Of a stretch of DNA of 64,000 bases, positions 8,906 through 16,914 are shown piece after piece; positions within the stretch are counted from its first letter, which is position 1; every line of letters starts with the position of its first letter. A program made the position numbers and the translations under genes. The notes under the pieces are model-generated. The model ran no database searches. It saw nothing but the letters and a program-made list of their open reading frames with translations, and was not told where the DNA came from. The stretch is taken from NCBI GenBank assembly GCA_020832235.1, contig JAFIEZ010000003.1, positions 76,224-140,223 of the forward strand, written 5' to 3'. This DNA is from Bacteroidota bacterium. GTDB lineage: Bacteria > Bacteroidota > Rhodothermia > Balneolales > HLUCCA01.

Positions 8906-10660
8906 TCAGGGTATGTCTTGATACCTATTATAAAACTGCATATTAAAGCCCGTTTCTCTGGAAGAACTCAAAGAGTTACTTTGCCACTCAGTACCGCCAT
9001 GTTCAATGACAAAATCTCTGATTTGCTGTCTGATTGCTTGCGTCAAATACTGCTGCTGAGCAAACGGTGCATACCCGTGTAGAATCTTGATATTTCTAAC
9101 ATCTTTATCAAGAAAAGTCCTGCGCACAGGAATAACACCATAATCAGGATGCAAATAATCAAAACCTAACTGACGCATAATAGTTGGTGGATCCCTTGAG
9201 CTACCAAACATAGGAATTCGCCAAATATCTTCTTCTTGATAAGACTCCTTAATTTCAGAAACAAACATATTCTCCACTTCACCAATAAATCTAGACTCAT
9301 TAACAGCTCCCCCTGCATAAACTGCAGGTCTGCTCACCGCAGCATCGTAATACTCTCGAGGAAATCTTGCAAGAATTTTAGATAACGTTTTATCTTGAGT
9401 ATAAGGAGGCCCTCTGTTTCGAACATCGTTTTCGGCCATAATGTTGCCATTGGTAAGGCCATAATACAAAACACCATTTCTTAAATGAGAGGTCATAGCA
9501 CCCCCCCTATTAATCAAATGATCAAAAAAATCAGTATTATCATCTATGATCCTTTCACTAATATCTTCGCTGTAGCCCTCAATCATTTCAACGAGATATG
9601 GATTAATACCAATTTTTGGACCATCTAAAATACTTGTCAAATCACGATAAAAAAGCCTAAAACCCTCTTTTACATCATCAGATGCCAAAGCCCCTGGAAC
9701 ACGCCCAACAGTGCAAACAGTATCTGTCCAACTAGTCCAGCCTTCTTTGCAATTAGAATCCCCCCAGTTAAATGCAAAAACAAGTGGCTCAGAGGCCAAA
9801 GGAACCCTTGGAGAGCCAAAACCATTGGCTGTTTGCCTGCTTAGCTCCTCAAGCGTATAACCTCCACGAATACCTCTGTAAACAACAGGGTAGCTGTAAT
9901 AATTATTCTCTAACGTTTCAATAACTGTAGATAAATTGCGATTCAAACTCAAATAAAAATCAACATCGAAACCAGGACCTAAAATCACTGCCTTTTCTGC
10001 CTCATAAGACAAAATACTAAGTTGTAATTCATGCATGATTTGAGGTCCACTTAAAACAAAAGTTTCATTTCTTCCATGCCAGAAACTACCATTATACTCA
10101 GATGGCAAAAAATCTCTACCTAAACGAATACGAGAAATGTTACTAATATATTCACCATTGCCCTCAACAAAATTTTCAAAACCCACAGGACCTCCTTTAC
10201 TTGGAAGCCTCATAGAAGGATTAGCATGCAAAAAAACAGCATACTCCCCACGAGGAACTCGAGCGTTAAGTAGGCCGTTTTGGCTGGTTAGCGTGGTGTC
10301 AAAGTCGATCTCCCTATGGGTCAAGTGCATCTGGGCACCATCGACGGGGGTTTCATCAAGGTAGGTTCTCCAAACAATATCTAAATCAGCAAGACCAAGT
10401 AACCTAAAATCTCCAGTCTTAGAAGAAACCCCTCCTTCATCATCAAAGACCCTAACCAAATAATTTAAATCCCTTTGAGAACCATCATCAAATCTTCTAG
10501 AAATAACAGTATCTAAACTAGAAGAATTAATATCAAATGACTCCAAGCCAGAACCGAAATCAAACTCAACTCTTTTTAAATAAAAATCGTCACTAGCCAT
10601 AATTCTCGCACTAAACTCATCAACACCTAGACCGCTTGTTTCAACACTTAAATTAGGCAA
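8906..10660 (-). CDS. hypothetical extracellular protein; downstream part of a gene split by an in-frame TGA
   Basis: 584-aa ORF whose tracked start is TTG. It is in the same frame as 10706-11584, separated by one TGA plus 15 sense codons. A beta-sandwich-like repeat module continues across the stop. There is a Cys pair in NCKEGWTSWTDTVC. Confidence 0.5.
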   Translation of the reverse strand: MPNLSVETSGLGVDEFSARIMASDDFYLKRVEFDFGSGLESFDINSSSLDTVISRRFDDGSQRDLNYLVRVFDDEGGVSSKTGDFRLLGLADLDIVWRTYLDETPVDGAQMHLTHREIDFDTTLTSQNGLLNARVPRGEYAVFLHANPSMRLPSKGGPVGFENFVEGNGEYISNISRIRLGRDFLPSEYNGSFWHGRNETFVLSGPQIMHELQLSILSYEAEKAVILGPGFDVDFYLSLNRNLSTVIETLENNYYSYPVVYRGIRGGYTLEELSRQTANGFGSPRVPLASEPLVFAFNWGDSNCKEGWTSWTDTVCTVGRVPGALASDDVKEGFRLFYRDLTSILDGPKIGINPYLVEMIEGYSEDISERIIDDNTDFFDHLINRGGAMTSHLRNGVLYYGLTNGNIMAENDVRNRGPPYTQDKTLSKILARFPREYYDAAVSRPAVYAGGAVNESRFIGEVENMFVSEIKESYQEEDIWRIPMFGSSRDPPTIMRQLGFDYLHPDYGVIPVRRTFLDKDVRNIKILHGYAPFAQQQYLTQAIRQQIRDFVIEHGGTEWQSNSLSSSRETGFNMQFYNRYQDIP

Positions 10661-10705
10661 AACATTATCCCTGTAGATTTCAACAGAAACAGTTTGAGTA
10701 TTTTT

Positions 10706-11584
10706 TCATCCAAAAGAATCAAAAATATCAACACTATGATCAATACTTAAAGGCGTATTTAATCTTAGTGAAGAATAATCAGAAGACCATTCAAAACTAA
10801 GTAAGCTTCCACCATCACCAACATATAACTCACTAACACCAGTATCTAACCTAGTTACTCTAACACTATCAATACCATCTTGATTCCTAACCCTTGTTTC
10901 AGGAGTATAAATACTTGTAGCCTCATTTCTTCTTGGAACCCAAACCAAAATATTTGAAGCAGCATCCAAAACATCTAAATCAAAAACAGAAGAGTAATCT
11001 CTGCCTTTTAGATCAGAGCCTTCAACACTAATTCTTCTTTTACCTGGAGCATCAAACTCCTTAGAAACATCAAAAACAACCTCGGATCTGCCTTCGCCAT
11101 CTAAAACCCAGGAACTGTCAGGGCTTGTAACTCTAACTAAACCAACACCATCTAAATCAGAAACTTTAAGCTTTGCATCATACGAAACACCCACTCTGGC
11201 TTCTAGAGGAGAAAGCTCTATTTGCATAGGATTATCTTTATCTTTGTCTCCAAATAGCGCACCACAACCAGACAGTACAAAAATCATCAATAGATTAACC
11301 ATCCATTTTGTGGTGCGGGTCAGGCTGCTTTTAATCTGTGCCTGTGTGCCAAATAGTTCTTCGTATAACTGCTGCATGCGCTGGGCGCCAGTCTGCTCTA
11401 CAGCCGCAATGGTGCGGGCCATGTGCAGGCGAACCTGCTTTTCGTAACGCCGTTGGGCTATTTTACTGCGTTCATGCCGGGTGCGCTTGGCGTACCGGTT
11501 AAAATTGACGTAGAAGCGGTTCTTCCAGTTAAAATAGTCGTGACTGCGTTGACGACCAATGCGAACAGGGGGTAGAGTTTGCAT
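10706..11584 (-). CDS. hypothetical membrane-anchored or lipoprotein surface protein with repeat modules; upstream part of the split gene
   Basis: 292 aa. Basic N-terminal region, then WMVNLLMIFVLSGC (TM/lipobox-like), then two repeat modules of about 85 aa (DGVGLVRVTS / DGIDSVRVTR). Confidence 0.5.
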   Translation of the reverse strand: MQTLPPVRIGRQRSHDYFNWKNRFYVNFNRYAKRTRHERSKIAQRRYEKQVRLHMARTIAAVEQTGAQRMQQLYEELFGTQAQIKSSLTRTTKWMVNLLMIFVLSGCGALFGDKDKDNPMQIELSPLEARVGVSYDAKLKVSDLDGVGLVRVTSPDSSWVLDGEGRSEVVFDVSKEFDAPGKRRISVEGSDLKGRDYSSVFDLDVLDAASNILVWVPRRNEATSIYTPETRVRNQDGIDSVRVTRLDTGVSELYVGDGGSLLSFEWSSDYSSLRLNTPLSIDHSVDIFDSFG

Positions 11585-11832
11585 ACGTGATGACCATAAT
11601 GTGATAGCTTACGTCACATTATAATAGTTTCGGAAAAATAATACTAAGGAAAATCGGTTATGTATTCGGGAGGAGCATCAACATGTTGCATAGAATAGTT
11701 TATAATAGTTTCTATAAATTGGCCTTTGGTCAATTATTATGTACTATAATAAACTAGTATGAACGTATTGCAGGTTTGAAATGGTGTAGATAAATTGATT
11801 GAAAGCCAATTTTCTGCAAATTAAATGAACTA

Positions 11833-12618
11833 ATGGCGCCCAATCAAAAGAATACCAAACTTAATAAACTGCTTTTAGGGTGGAAGGATGGGGTAGTATA
11901 TACCTCTCCTTGGCTAACGGAATCAGGGTATACTCCAGATATGCTTTTTGGCTACAAGGAAAGCAATTGGGTGAAATCGATAGGAAGGGGGGCCTATGTA
12001 AAAGCCCAAGACAACCCCTTATGGGAGGGAGCCGTAAATGCACTACAGGAACAGCTCAATTATTCCATACATATTGGCGGACAAACGGCATTGGAGCTAC
12101 AAGGAGTTCGTCACAATGTAAGCCTAGATTTGAACCAATGTCATTTATATACCCCTTCAAAAAGAAAGCTTCCAACCTGGTTTACTTCTTATAAGTGGGA
12201 CGTTGATGTAAAACTGCATGTATCTACATTGTTTGGCAAGAAAAATCTTGGTCTAAAATCGCTGGATTCAAGAAACAGGATATCCATACTTGTGGCAGAA
12301 CCGGAACGCGCGATACTGGAATTACTTTCTCATGTGAATTCAAAAGCGAGGTTTTTAAATGCATGGCACCTGATAGAGGGGATGATGACGCTTAGGTCCA
12401 ACTTGGTTCAGAATCTATTAATGGACTGTAAATCTGTGAAAGTGAAGCGGTTGTTCCTATTCATGGCGATGAGCCATGCGTTGCCCTGGTACGAAAAACT
12501 AGAGATTAGTGAATTAGATCTCGGTTCAGGTAAAAGAACAATCGTTAAAAATGGAAAATTGAATACTACATTCAACATAACTGTGCCTGAAGAACTGGTA
12601 GATGAGTCATGGAAATAA
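11833..12618 (+). CDS. AbiEi-family antitoxin/transcriptional regulator (type IV TA, abortive infection)
   Basis: 261 aa. The N-terminal region (..GVVYTSPWLTESGYTPDMLFGYKESNWVKSIGRGAY) resembles AbiEi wHTH domains. 10-nt overlap with the AbiEii gene. Confidence 0.7.
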   Translation: MAPNQKNTKLNKLLLGWKDGVVYTSPWLTESGYTPDMLFGYKESNWVKSIGRGAYVKAQDNPLWEGAVNALQEQLNYSIHIGGQTALELQGVRHNVSLDLNQCHLYTPSKRKLPTWFTSYKWDVDVKLHVSTLFGKKNLGLKSLDSRNRISILVAEPERAILELLSHVNSKARFLNAWHLIEGMMTLRSNLVQNLLMDCKSVKVKRLFLFMAMSHALPWYEKLEISELDLGSGKRTIVKNGKLNTTFNITVPEELVDESWK

Positions 12619-13553
12619 GGAATACCAGATATTTCAAACAAGTTGATCTGCTTTTATCAATGCTGCCAATCGTTTCAAGAATTGAAGATTTTGCGTTGAA
12701 AGGAGGAACGGCAATAAACCTATTTGTTCAGAATCTTCCACGTTTATCGGTAGATATTGATTTGGCTTACCTTCCGATACAAGACAGAAAAACAACAATG
12801 GAGCGAATCGATTTCCATCTGAAAGAGATCGGAAACCAATGCCAAAAGTACCTGCCTGGGATTAGATTGAATTACAAAGAGAACCAAAATGTATCGTATG
12901 GCCTGATAGTTAATCGGGATGACATTGTTGTCAAGATTGAACCAAATTCAACAATTCGTGGCTCGGTATTTCCACCAGTTGAATTGCCTTTAGTAAAAAA
13001 CGTTGAGGTAATGTTTGGAAGAGCAATGGAAATACGAACGTTATCGGTTGAAGATCTTTATGGAGGTAAACTCTGTGCTGCCCTAGACCGACAGCATCCC
13101 CGAGATTTGTTCGATGTGTATCATTTGTATAGAGAAGAAGGCATCACGGATAGAATAAGACAAGCATTTATCGTCTATCTCTTAAGCCATAACCGGCCGA
13201 TAGCTGAACTGCTTGATCCACAATTAAAAGACGACCTTCATGAAACGTTTCGGGAGTCATTTGAAGGCATGGCTTTTGACCCCATACCACTGAATGACAT
13301 GGTGGAAGTCTGGAAAAAAGTTGTACAAAAATTGAATGCTGATTTTACTGAGGAAGAGCGGGAGTTTATACTCAGTTTTAAACGAAAATCACCAAAATGG
13401 GATCTTTTTCCCCACAACACAATCAAAAATCTCCCTGCCATCCAATGGAAAATGATGAATCTGGAAAAGATGAGTCCTGTAAAACACCAAGCTGCCTATG
13501 AAAAACTGGAGTATGTGTTACGAAGAGGGGCTCGACGAACGATGGCTTTGTAG
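12609..13553 (+). CDS. AbiEii/AbiGii-family nucleotidyltransferase toxin
   Basis: 314 aa. The KGGTAINLF....RLSVDIDLAY nucleotidyltransferase motif and downstream DL(Y)GGKLCA are typical of the AbiEii family. Confidence 0.8.
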   Translation: MEIRNTRYFKQVDLLLSMLPIVSRIEDFALKGGTAINLFVQNLPRLSVDIDLAYLPIQDRKTTMERIDFHLKEIGNQCQKYLPGIRLNYKENQNVSYGLIVNRDDIVVKIEPNSTIRGSVFPPVELPLVKNVEVMFGRAMEIRTLSVEDLYGGKLCAALDRQHPRDLFDVYHLYREEGITDRIRQAFIVYLLSHNRPIAELLDPQLKDDLHETFRESFEGMAFDPIPLNDMVEVWKKVVQKLNADFTEEEREFILSFKRKSPKWDLFPHNTIKNLPAIQWKMMNLEKMSPVKHQAAYEKLEYVLRRGARRTMAL

Positions 13554-13569
13554 TTCGCTACTTAAACGA

Positions 13570-13641
13570 CTGGGTCAGTTTACACTGAAACAGGTGGGTC
13601 AGTTTCGAGTGAAATGGGTGGGTCAGTTTGTACTGAAATTG
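13570..13641. repeat. three tandem 24-bp repeats (consensus sTGGGTCAGTTTnnAsTGAAAnnG)
   Basis: Units at 13570-13593, 13594-13617 and 13618-13641. They end 3 nt before the right 59-bp repeat. Confidence 0.9.
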
Positions 13642-13644
13642 TCA

Positions 13645-13703
13645 CGTAATGCTCATTCATTGCATCGCAGTCTGTAAGGCGGAACCTTGATGGGGCACTA
13701 TTT
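13645..13703. repeat. right copy of the 59-bp direct repeat
   Basis: Matches 8301-8359 at 58 of 59 positions (G/A difference at repeat position 53). Confidence 0.95.
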
Positions 13704-13755
13704 TTGAAGAAAACATGAATAGCGATTGCTCAAGTTTATGCTAGTCATCTACTGC
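13698..13755 (-). pseudogene. decayed internal fragment of a paralog of the 125-aa ORF
   Basis: The minus strand reads AVDD*HKLEQSLFMFSSKI*, against AVDDQHKPEQKLFLVFFKQK in ORF 8354-8731. The fragment joins directly onto the same 3' flank (the 59-bp repeat). Confidence 0.6.
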
Positions 13756-13769
13756 GGGGGGCTCAGTTT

Positions 13770-14021
13770 CTAACTTTCTGTCCACAGAATTTTATAGCCA
13801 CTTGCCATATATCTTTCTGGCTTCATTGTGGTCATTGAGTTTACCGTCATCAGCATCTTTATGCCCTTATTGATGGACTCCTTTTCAGTAGCTGATAAAC
13901 GCTCCCCAAACGCGTCCTTTTCACTTTTCCGAATGGCCAGTACTTTTTCAATAATACTTGGATTATCAATGGTCGAGAGCCATTGGATCAATTCAAGTGT
14001 TTTAAGATCGTGTTGAGCCAT
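13770..14021 (-). pseudogene. degraded type II TA module: frameshifted antitoxin fused to a 12-codon RelE/ParE-type toxin stub
   Basis: The N-terminal part (LELIQWLSTIDNPSIIEKVLAIRKSE...SATEKESINKGI) matches antitoxins found next to ParE-like toxins in Bacteroidota. After ggcataaag the +1 frame reads KDADDGKLNDHNEARKIYGKWL*, the expected antitoxin C-terminus. The tracked frame instead runs into MASGYKILWTES*, a toxin N-terminus cut short. Confidence 0.5.
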
Positions 14022-14192
14022 GTAAGGGTTTTGTGGTTGCAGGTTTACCTTGTAGACGCAGCTCGTCTTAAAATAGTTGTACGATGCGTAAGCTGTATGA
14101 TGTACATGCAGTCAAATACGTAATTGGACTACAAAAAAGCCATAATATCATTATCTTGTGAGGCTAAACACGAAACTAATGAAATCCTCCGT

Positions 14193-16841
14193 ATGAGCGA
14201 GTATAATCCCTCGAATATTGAACCCAAATGGCAGTCGTACTGGCTTGAAAACAAGACCTTTAAAACCGACGATGCCGACAGGTCCCGCCCGAAATTCTAC
14301 ATTTTGGATATGTTTCCCTATCCGTCCAGCGCGGGACTACATGTAGGGCATCCTGAAGGTTATACCGCTACCGATATTCTGGCTCGTTACAAGCGTATGA
14401 AGGGTTTCAACGTGCTTCATCCGATGGGCTGGGATGCATTCGGACTGCCTGCCGAGCAATATGCCGTGAAAACAGGCACGCATCCGCGGGTCACTACCCA
14501 GTACAATATTACCCAGTTCAGAAGGCAGCTTCAGGCGATTGGTTTCAGCTACGATTGGGACCGTGAAGTGGATACCACCGACCCGGCCTATTTCCGCTGG
14601 ACACAGTGGATTTTCCTTCAGCTCTACCATCAGGGTCTGGCCTATGAGGCCAGTGTGCCCGTGAACTGGTGTCCTGCCCTGGGTACGGTTCTTGCCAACG
14701 AAGAGGTTATCGACGGCAAGAGCGAAGTTGGCGGTTTCCCGGTGATTCGTAAGCCGATGCGTCAATGGATGCTCAAAATTACAGCGTATGCCGAGCGTCT
14801 GCTCAACGACCTTGACGAGCTGGACTGGCCCGATTCCGTTAAAGAAATGCAGCGCAACTGGATAGGTAAGTCGGTAGGGGCGGATGTGCGCTTCGATGTA
14901 GACGGACATGACGAGGTGATTGAGGTCTTTACTACCCGTCCTGACACCCTTTGGGGAGCGACCTACATGGTTCTGGCTCCCGAACATCCGCTGGTAGATG
15001 TTATCACCACTTCGGAGCAGCGCGATGCCGTTGAGCAATATCGCAAGGATGCATCCCTCAAAAGCGACCAGGACCGAACCGATACACGCAAGAAAAAAAC
15101 CGGAATGTTCACCGGCGGATATGCCGTGAATCCGGTTAATAATGCCCGTATTCCGGTATGGGTTGCCGATTATGTACTCATTAGCTACGGAACCGGCGCT
15201 ATTATGGCCGTTCCCGGACATGACGAGCGGGACTGGGAATTTGCCAAGACATTTGGACTTCCTATTGTGGAGGTGGTTGCCGGTGGAAATGTTGAGGAAG
15301 CGGCCTATACCGACAATCAGGATGGGGTGTTGACAAACTCTGCCAGCACCGGCATCAGCCTTGACGGACTCAACGTTCCCGAGGCCAAAAAACGCATCAT
15401 TACCTGGCTGGAAGAGCAACAAAAAGGTCGGGGAACGGTTAACTACAAACTTCGCGACTGGTTGTTTAGTCGACAGCGATATTGGGGCGAACCCATTCCG
15501 ATTATTCATGTAGATGGACAGCCTAAGCCTGTAGCGGAATCGGCTTTGCCACTCGAACTCCCTGAAGTGGAGAAATACGAGCCAAGCGGTACCGGAGAGT
15601 CGCCCCTGGCAACCATCGAAGAGTGGGTGAATACGACGGATCCCGAAACCGGAAAGCCGGCACGTCGCGAAACGAATACCATGCCTCAGTGGGCGGGTTC
15701 GTGCTGGTATTACCTGCGGTATATCTCGCCGGACTATGAGCTGGGACCGGTGGATCCCGAGAAAGAGAAGTACTGGATGCCAGTGGATATGTATGTTGGC
15801 GGTGCCGAACATGCCGTGTTGCACTTGCTTTATGCCCGATTCTGGCACAAAGTACTCTACGATTTGGGCGTGGTCAGTACCAAGGAGCCGTTTCAGCGAT
15901 TGGTAAATCAGGGCATGATTCTCGGTGAAATGGAGTACACGCTCTTCAAAGATGCCGATGGAGCGTATTTGTCGCCAGACCAGGCCGAGCGATACGATGG
16001 TGAAGTGCAGCGCATCAAGCTTACCGACGAAGACATCGAGAAAACATCCACTGGTTTCGCTCTGAAAACCGATGCTGTGCAGAAATACGGACTTTCCGAA
16101 GCCGCTGCAGGCACGTATGTGATCGAAGCCCGGTCGTATAAGATGTCGAAATCCCGCGGAAATGTGATTAATCCCGACGATGTTATCAAAGAATATGGCG
16201 CCGATGCCCTAAGGCTTTATGAAATGTTCATGGGTCCGCTCGAACAGGTTAAACCCTGGAGTATGCGTGGCGTGGAAGGCGTGTTTCGTTTCCTGAAACG
16301 CGTGTGGCGCGTGTATGTGGATGACCGCACTGACGAACTCAACGCCGATCTGGTGGATGTGGAAGCAACCCGTGATCAGCTCAAGGTGCTCCATGAAACC
16401 ATCAAAAAAGTTACCGAAGATATTGAAGGCGGACGATACAACACCGCCATTTCTCAGCTCATGATTTTCAACAATGAAGCCATGAAATGGGAGCAGAAGC
16501 CGAAGTCGGTGATGAATACGTTTTTGGTGTTGCTTTCGCCCTTTGCTCCGCATATTGCCGAGGAATTGTGGAGTCGACTCGGAAACCCGAACACCATCGC
16601 TGCTGAAAACTGGCCGAAATTCGATGAGTCCTATCTGGTAGCCGATGCCTTTACCTATGCCATACAGGTGAATGGAAAGGTGAGAGGTACGCTGGAGCTG
16701 CCGGCCGATAAGGCAACCGACAAAGATCTCGTTCTGTCTATGGCCAAGGCTGAGCCGGGCGTAGCGAAGTACCTGGCCGAAGGCAACATCGTAAAAGAAG
16801 TCTTTGTGCCCAAGAAAATTGTAAACTTTGTAGTGAAATAA
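14193..16841 (+). CDS. leuS: leucine--tRNA ligase
   Basis: Class I aaRS. HIGH-type motif ([16 protein letters not shown]), KMSKS present (YKMSKSRGN), CP1 editing insertion. ATG 14193 ([14 protein letters not shown]) is preferred over the tracked TTG 14124. Confidence 0.95.
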   Translation: MSEYNPSNIEPKWQSYWLENKTFKTDDADRSRPKFYILDMFPYPSSAGLHVGHPEGYTATDILARYKRMKGFNVLHPMGWDAFGLPAEQYAVKTGTHPRVTTQYNITQFRRQLQAIGFSYDWDREVDTTDPAYFRWTQWIFLQLYHQGLAYEASVPVNWCPALGTVLANEEVIDGKSEVGGFPVIRKPMRQWMLKITAYAERLLNDLDELDWPDSVKEMQRNWIGKSVGADVRFDVDGHDEVIEVFTTRPDTLWGATYMVLAPEHPLVDVITTSEQRDAVEQYRKDASLKSDQDRTDTRKKKTGMFTGGYAVNPVNNARIPVWVADYVLISYGTGAIMAVPGHDERDWEFAKTFGLPIVEVVAGGNVEEAAYTDNQDGVLTNSASTGISLDGLNVPEAKKRIITWLEEQQKGRGTVNYKLRDWLFSRQRYWGEPIPIIHVDGQPKPVAESALPLELPEVEKYEPSGTGESPLATIEEWVNTTDPETGKPARRETNTMPQWAGSCWYYLRYISPDYELGPVDPEKEKYWMPVDMYVGGAEHAVLHLLYARFWHKVLYDLGVVSTKEPFQRLVNQGMILGEMEYTLFKDADGAYLSPDQAERYDGEVQRIKLTDEDIEKTSTGFALKTDAVQKYGLSEAAAGTYVIEARSYKMSKSRGNVINPDDVIKEYGADALRLYEMFMGPLEQVKPWSMRGVEGVFRFLKRVWRVYVDDRTDELNADLVDVEATRDQLKVLHETIKKVTEDIEGGRYNTAISQLMIFNNEAMKWEQKPKSVMNTFLVLLSPFAPHIAEELWSRLGNPNTIAAENWPKFDESYLVADAFTYAIQVNGKVRGTLELPADKATDKDLVLSMAKAEPGVAKYLAEGNIVKEVFVPKKIVNFVVK

Positions 16842-16848
16842 TCAGCCG

Positions 16849-16873
16849 GATGTCTGCGCTTCTGCGCAGCATC
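16849..16873 (+). terminator. possible leuS terminator or attenuator hairpin
   Basis: gatg(t)ctgcgc-ttct-gcgcagcatc starts 8 nt after the leuS stop. GC-rich 10-bp stem with one bulge; no clear U-tract. Confidence 0.3.
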
Positions 16874-16914
16874 TGCACTGTTGTAACCCGACCTTACCGA
16901 AATTAATCCCCATC

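Larger units (their letters stand above)
8301..13703. mobile_element. putative integrated islet or genomic-island remnant bounded by 59-bp direct repeats
   Basis: 58/59-identical direct repeats at both ends. The interior is AT-richer by eye, with accessory content only (AbiE module, orphan ORFs). No recombinase gene is present. Confidence 0.45.

Noticed and set aside
10706-10708. In-frame TGA as a selenocysteine codon
   Set aside because: The only hairpin downstream is a weak AT-rich 5-bp stem (guuuc-uguu-gaaau), unlike a bacterial SECIS. The protein is an extracellular repeat protein with no redox motif around the site. A nonsense mutation or readthrough is more likely.
13570-13641. Tandem 24-bp repeats as a CRISPR array
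   Set aside because: The units are contiguous with no spacers, there are only three copies, and no cas genes or leader are in the window.
8301-13703. Islet as a prophage, IS element or ICE
   Set aside because: It has no integrase, transposase, terminal inverted repeats, or phage structural or conjugation genes. Only the direct repeats and composition argue for mobility, so I call it a putative islet or remnant.
14022-14192. T-box or other leader upstream of leuS (and 16842-16914 upstream of serS)
   Set aside because: I could not find a specifier loop or the conserved T-box sequence, and T-box regulation is not expected in FCB-group bacteria. Only a generic hairpin at 16849-16873 is present.
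14337-15848. 503-aa ORF antisense to leuS
   Set aside because: It lies entirely inside the well-supported leuS frame on the opposite strand. The product is Arg/Gly/His-rich and low in complexity, with no recognisable motif. This is a typical shadow ORF of a codon-biased gene.
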